From Tubiluchus corallicola (lineage: Eukaryota > Animalia > Priapulida): a DNA stretch of 64,000 bases. The stretch spans positions 110,848 to 174,847 of the forward strand of contig JAQGDQ010000474.1 in NCBI GenBank assembly GCA_030141605.1, read 5' to 3'. The notes under the pieces are model-generated. The model had not been told where the DNA came from. It was given only the letters and a program-made list of their open reading frames with translations, and made no database searches. Positions 52,840 through 64,000 of this stretch are shown here, in pieces. A program made the translations under genes and the position numbers. Each line of letters starts with the position of its first letter. Positions within the stretch are counted from its first letter, which is position 1.

Positions 52840-53890
52840 TACAGCAAACCTTAGTTGGTCAGTATCATTGACTTTGTGGAAAATTGGGAAAATTAGACAT
52901 ATTTTCAACCACCAAACAACTGAAAATCTCGTGCATGCCTTCACAACGTCCAAACTTGATTATTGCGATAGTTTATTTTTGGACTCCCTGAACATGAAAT
53001 TCGCAAATTCCAACTAATTCAGAACTCTGCTACCCGTCTCATTACAAAAACAACTGGAAAATATGATCATATTACACCCATTCTAAGAGAGTTACGTTGG
53101 TTGCCGATAAAGTTCCGAATTCAGTTTAAAATTCTTTGTATCACCTACAAAATACAACATGGTTTGGCGCCTGCATACCTTAAATACTGATCTTTTAATA
53201 CGCCATAACATAAGAAAAACACTTCGTTCTAATGCTGATGAACAAATTAATTTACATCAACCAATTCCTGATATAGTATTCTATGGTGAAAAAACTTTTT
53301 CTGTTTGTACTGCACGTCTCTGGAATAACTTACCTATTGCTACACATTCTGCATATGGGCTAAAGCAGGGGTGTGGAAATTATCTGACTAGCCGGGTCAC
53401 ATTAAACTTTCCCGCAGTTCCTGCGGGCCACAGGCAGTTTGACCAAGTACAGAAAGACCTAATAATGATTTTTTTTGCATTCAACCTACCTACATCATTA
53501 CTACTACACTCAAGAAACTATTTTAGAAGTTATTAATATTTATATTACAAACCATATATTTCTACTTTCAGGACAGATAGTGGTAATTTCATTACAATGC
53601 ATATTAGTAATGTGTATCACACAGTCTGTGTAGTACAGTGACATTAAGCTACAACCGTCTTGTAAGGGTTAATGGCATCCGATCTAGTAGAAAAAACTAC
53701 CCGCACTATCTTTGGGATCGTGGCACAGACTTCAGCTCGTTACACTCTATTAATCGCCCGAGCTGCCCTTTCGTTAGGTAGACAAATCTCTTCGCGGGCC
53801 GCACAAATTCTCTCGGTGGGCCGCAATTTGCACATCCCTGGGCTAAAGACATGCCAAGCTGATATTTCTGAGGAATACTTAAAAATAAAA
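52840..53890 (+). mobile_element. L2-like LINE 3' fragment (frameshifted)
   Basis: Peptides LVHAFTTSKLDYCDSL, DHITPILRELRWLPIKFRIQFKIL and YGEKTFSVCTARLWNNLP. Confidence 0.85.
53366..53840. mobile_element. hAT MITE (family A) inserted in a LINE fragment
   Basis: Inverted copy of 15434-15949; perfect 8-bp TSD GGCTAAAG. Confidence 0.88.
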
Positions 53891-54021
53891 TGTAATGATT
53901 ATGTTTGTGTTGCAGATTACTAACTGGAGTGCGACAAGTTACTCTAATCACTAGTGTTACTGTTACTCTTACTCTGATCACTAGTGATATTAAAATATTG
54001 ACTGTAACAAGTTGAACAAAC

Positions 54022-63887
<9,866 letters not shown>

Positions 63888-64000
63888 GTAAGTGTGTGCT
63901 TGCGAACGCGTTTTTTGATTTTGAGTTACATTTAAGCTGCTCCGTACAATCTACCGGGCACTCTGACGAGAACTAATGTTTTATTGTTACTTATGATTAT

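Overview
AT-rich animal genomic DNA; the 5S-derived sequence looks lophotrochozoan-like, which is an inference. Five intron/exon protein genes were reconstructed by hand from splice sites and reading phase. They are NPLOC4 (-, 10 coding exons, runs off the left edge), intronless ATP23 (-), RCL1 (+, 3 exons), a BMP R-Smad SMAD1/5 (-, 8 exons plus a candidate 57-nt linker cassette exon) and PIK3R4/VPS15 (+, 6 coding exons, runs off the right edge). Introns are packed with hAT, Tc1/mariner-type, Kolobok-like, Harbinger and Helitron non-autonomous elements, LINE 3' fragments and many locus-specific minisatellites. The most notable items are: a three-copy SINE family with a full-length 5S rRNA head fused to an RTE-like bipartite body; a CpG-decayed Penelope-type minimal hammerhead; foldback MITEs bracketing a Smad MH1 exon; and a Smad-response-like plus CTCF-like motif cluster between the divergent SMAD1/5 and PIK3R4 genes. 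There is no CRISPR array or other prokaryotic system. All family assignments are from pattern recognition, not database searches.
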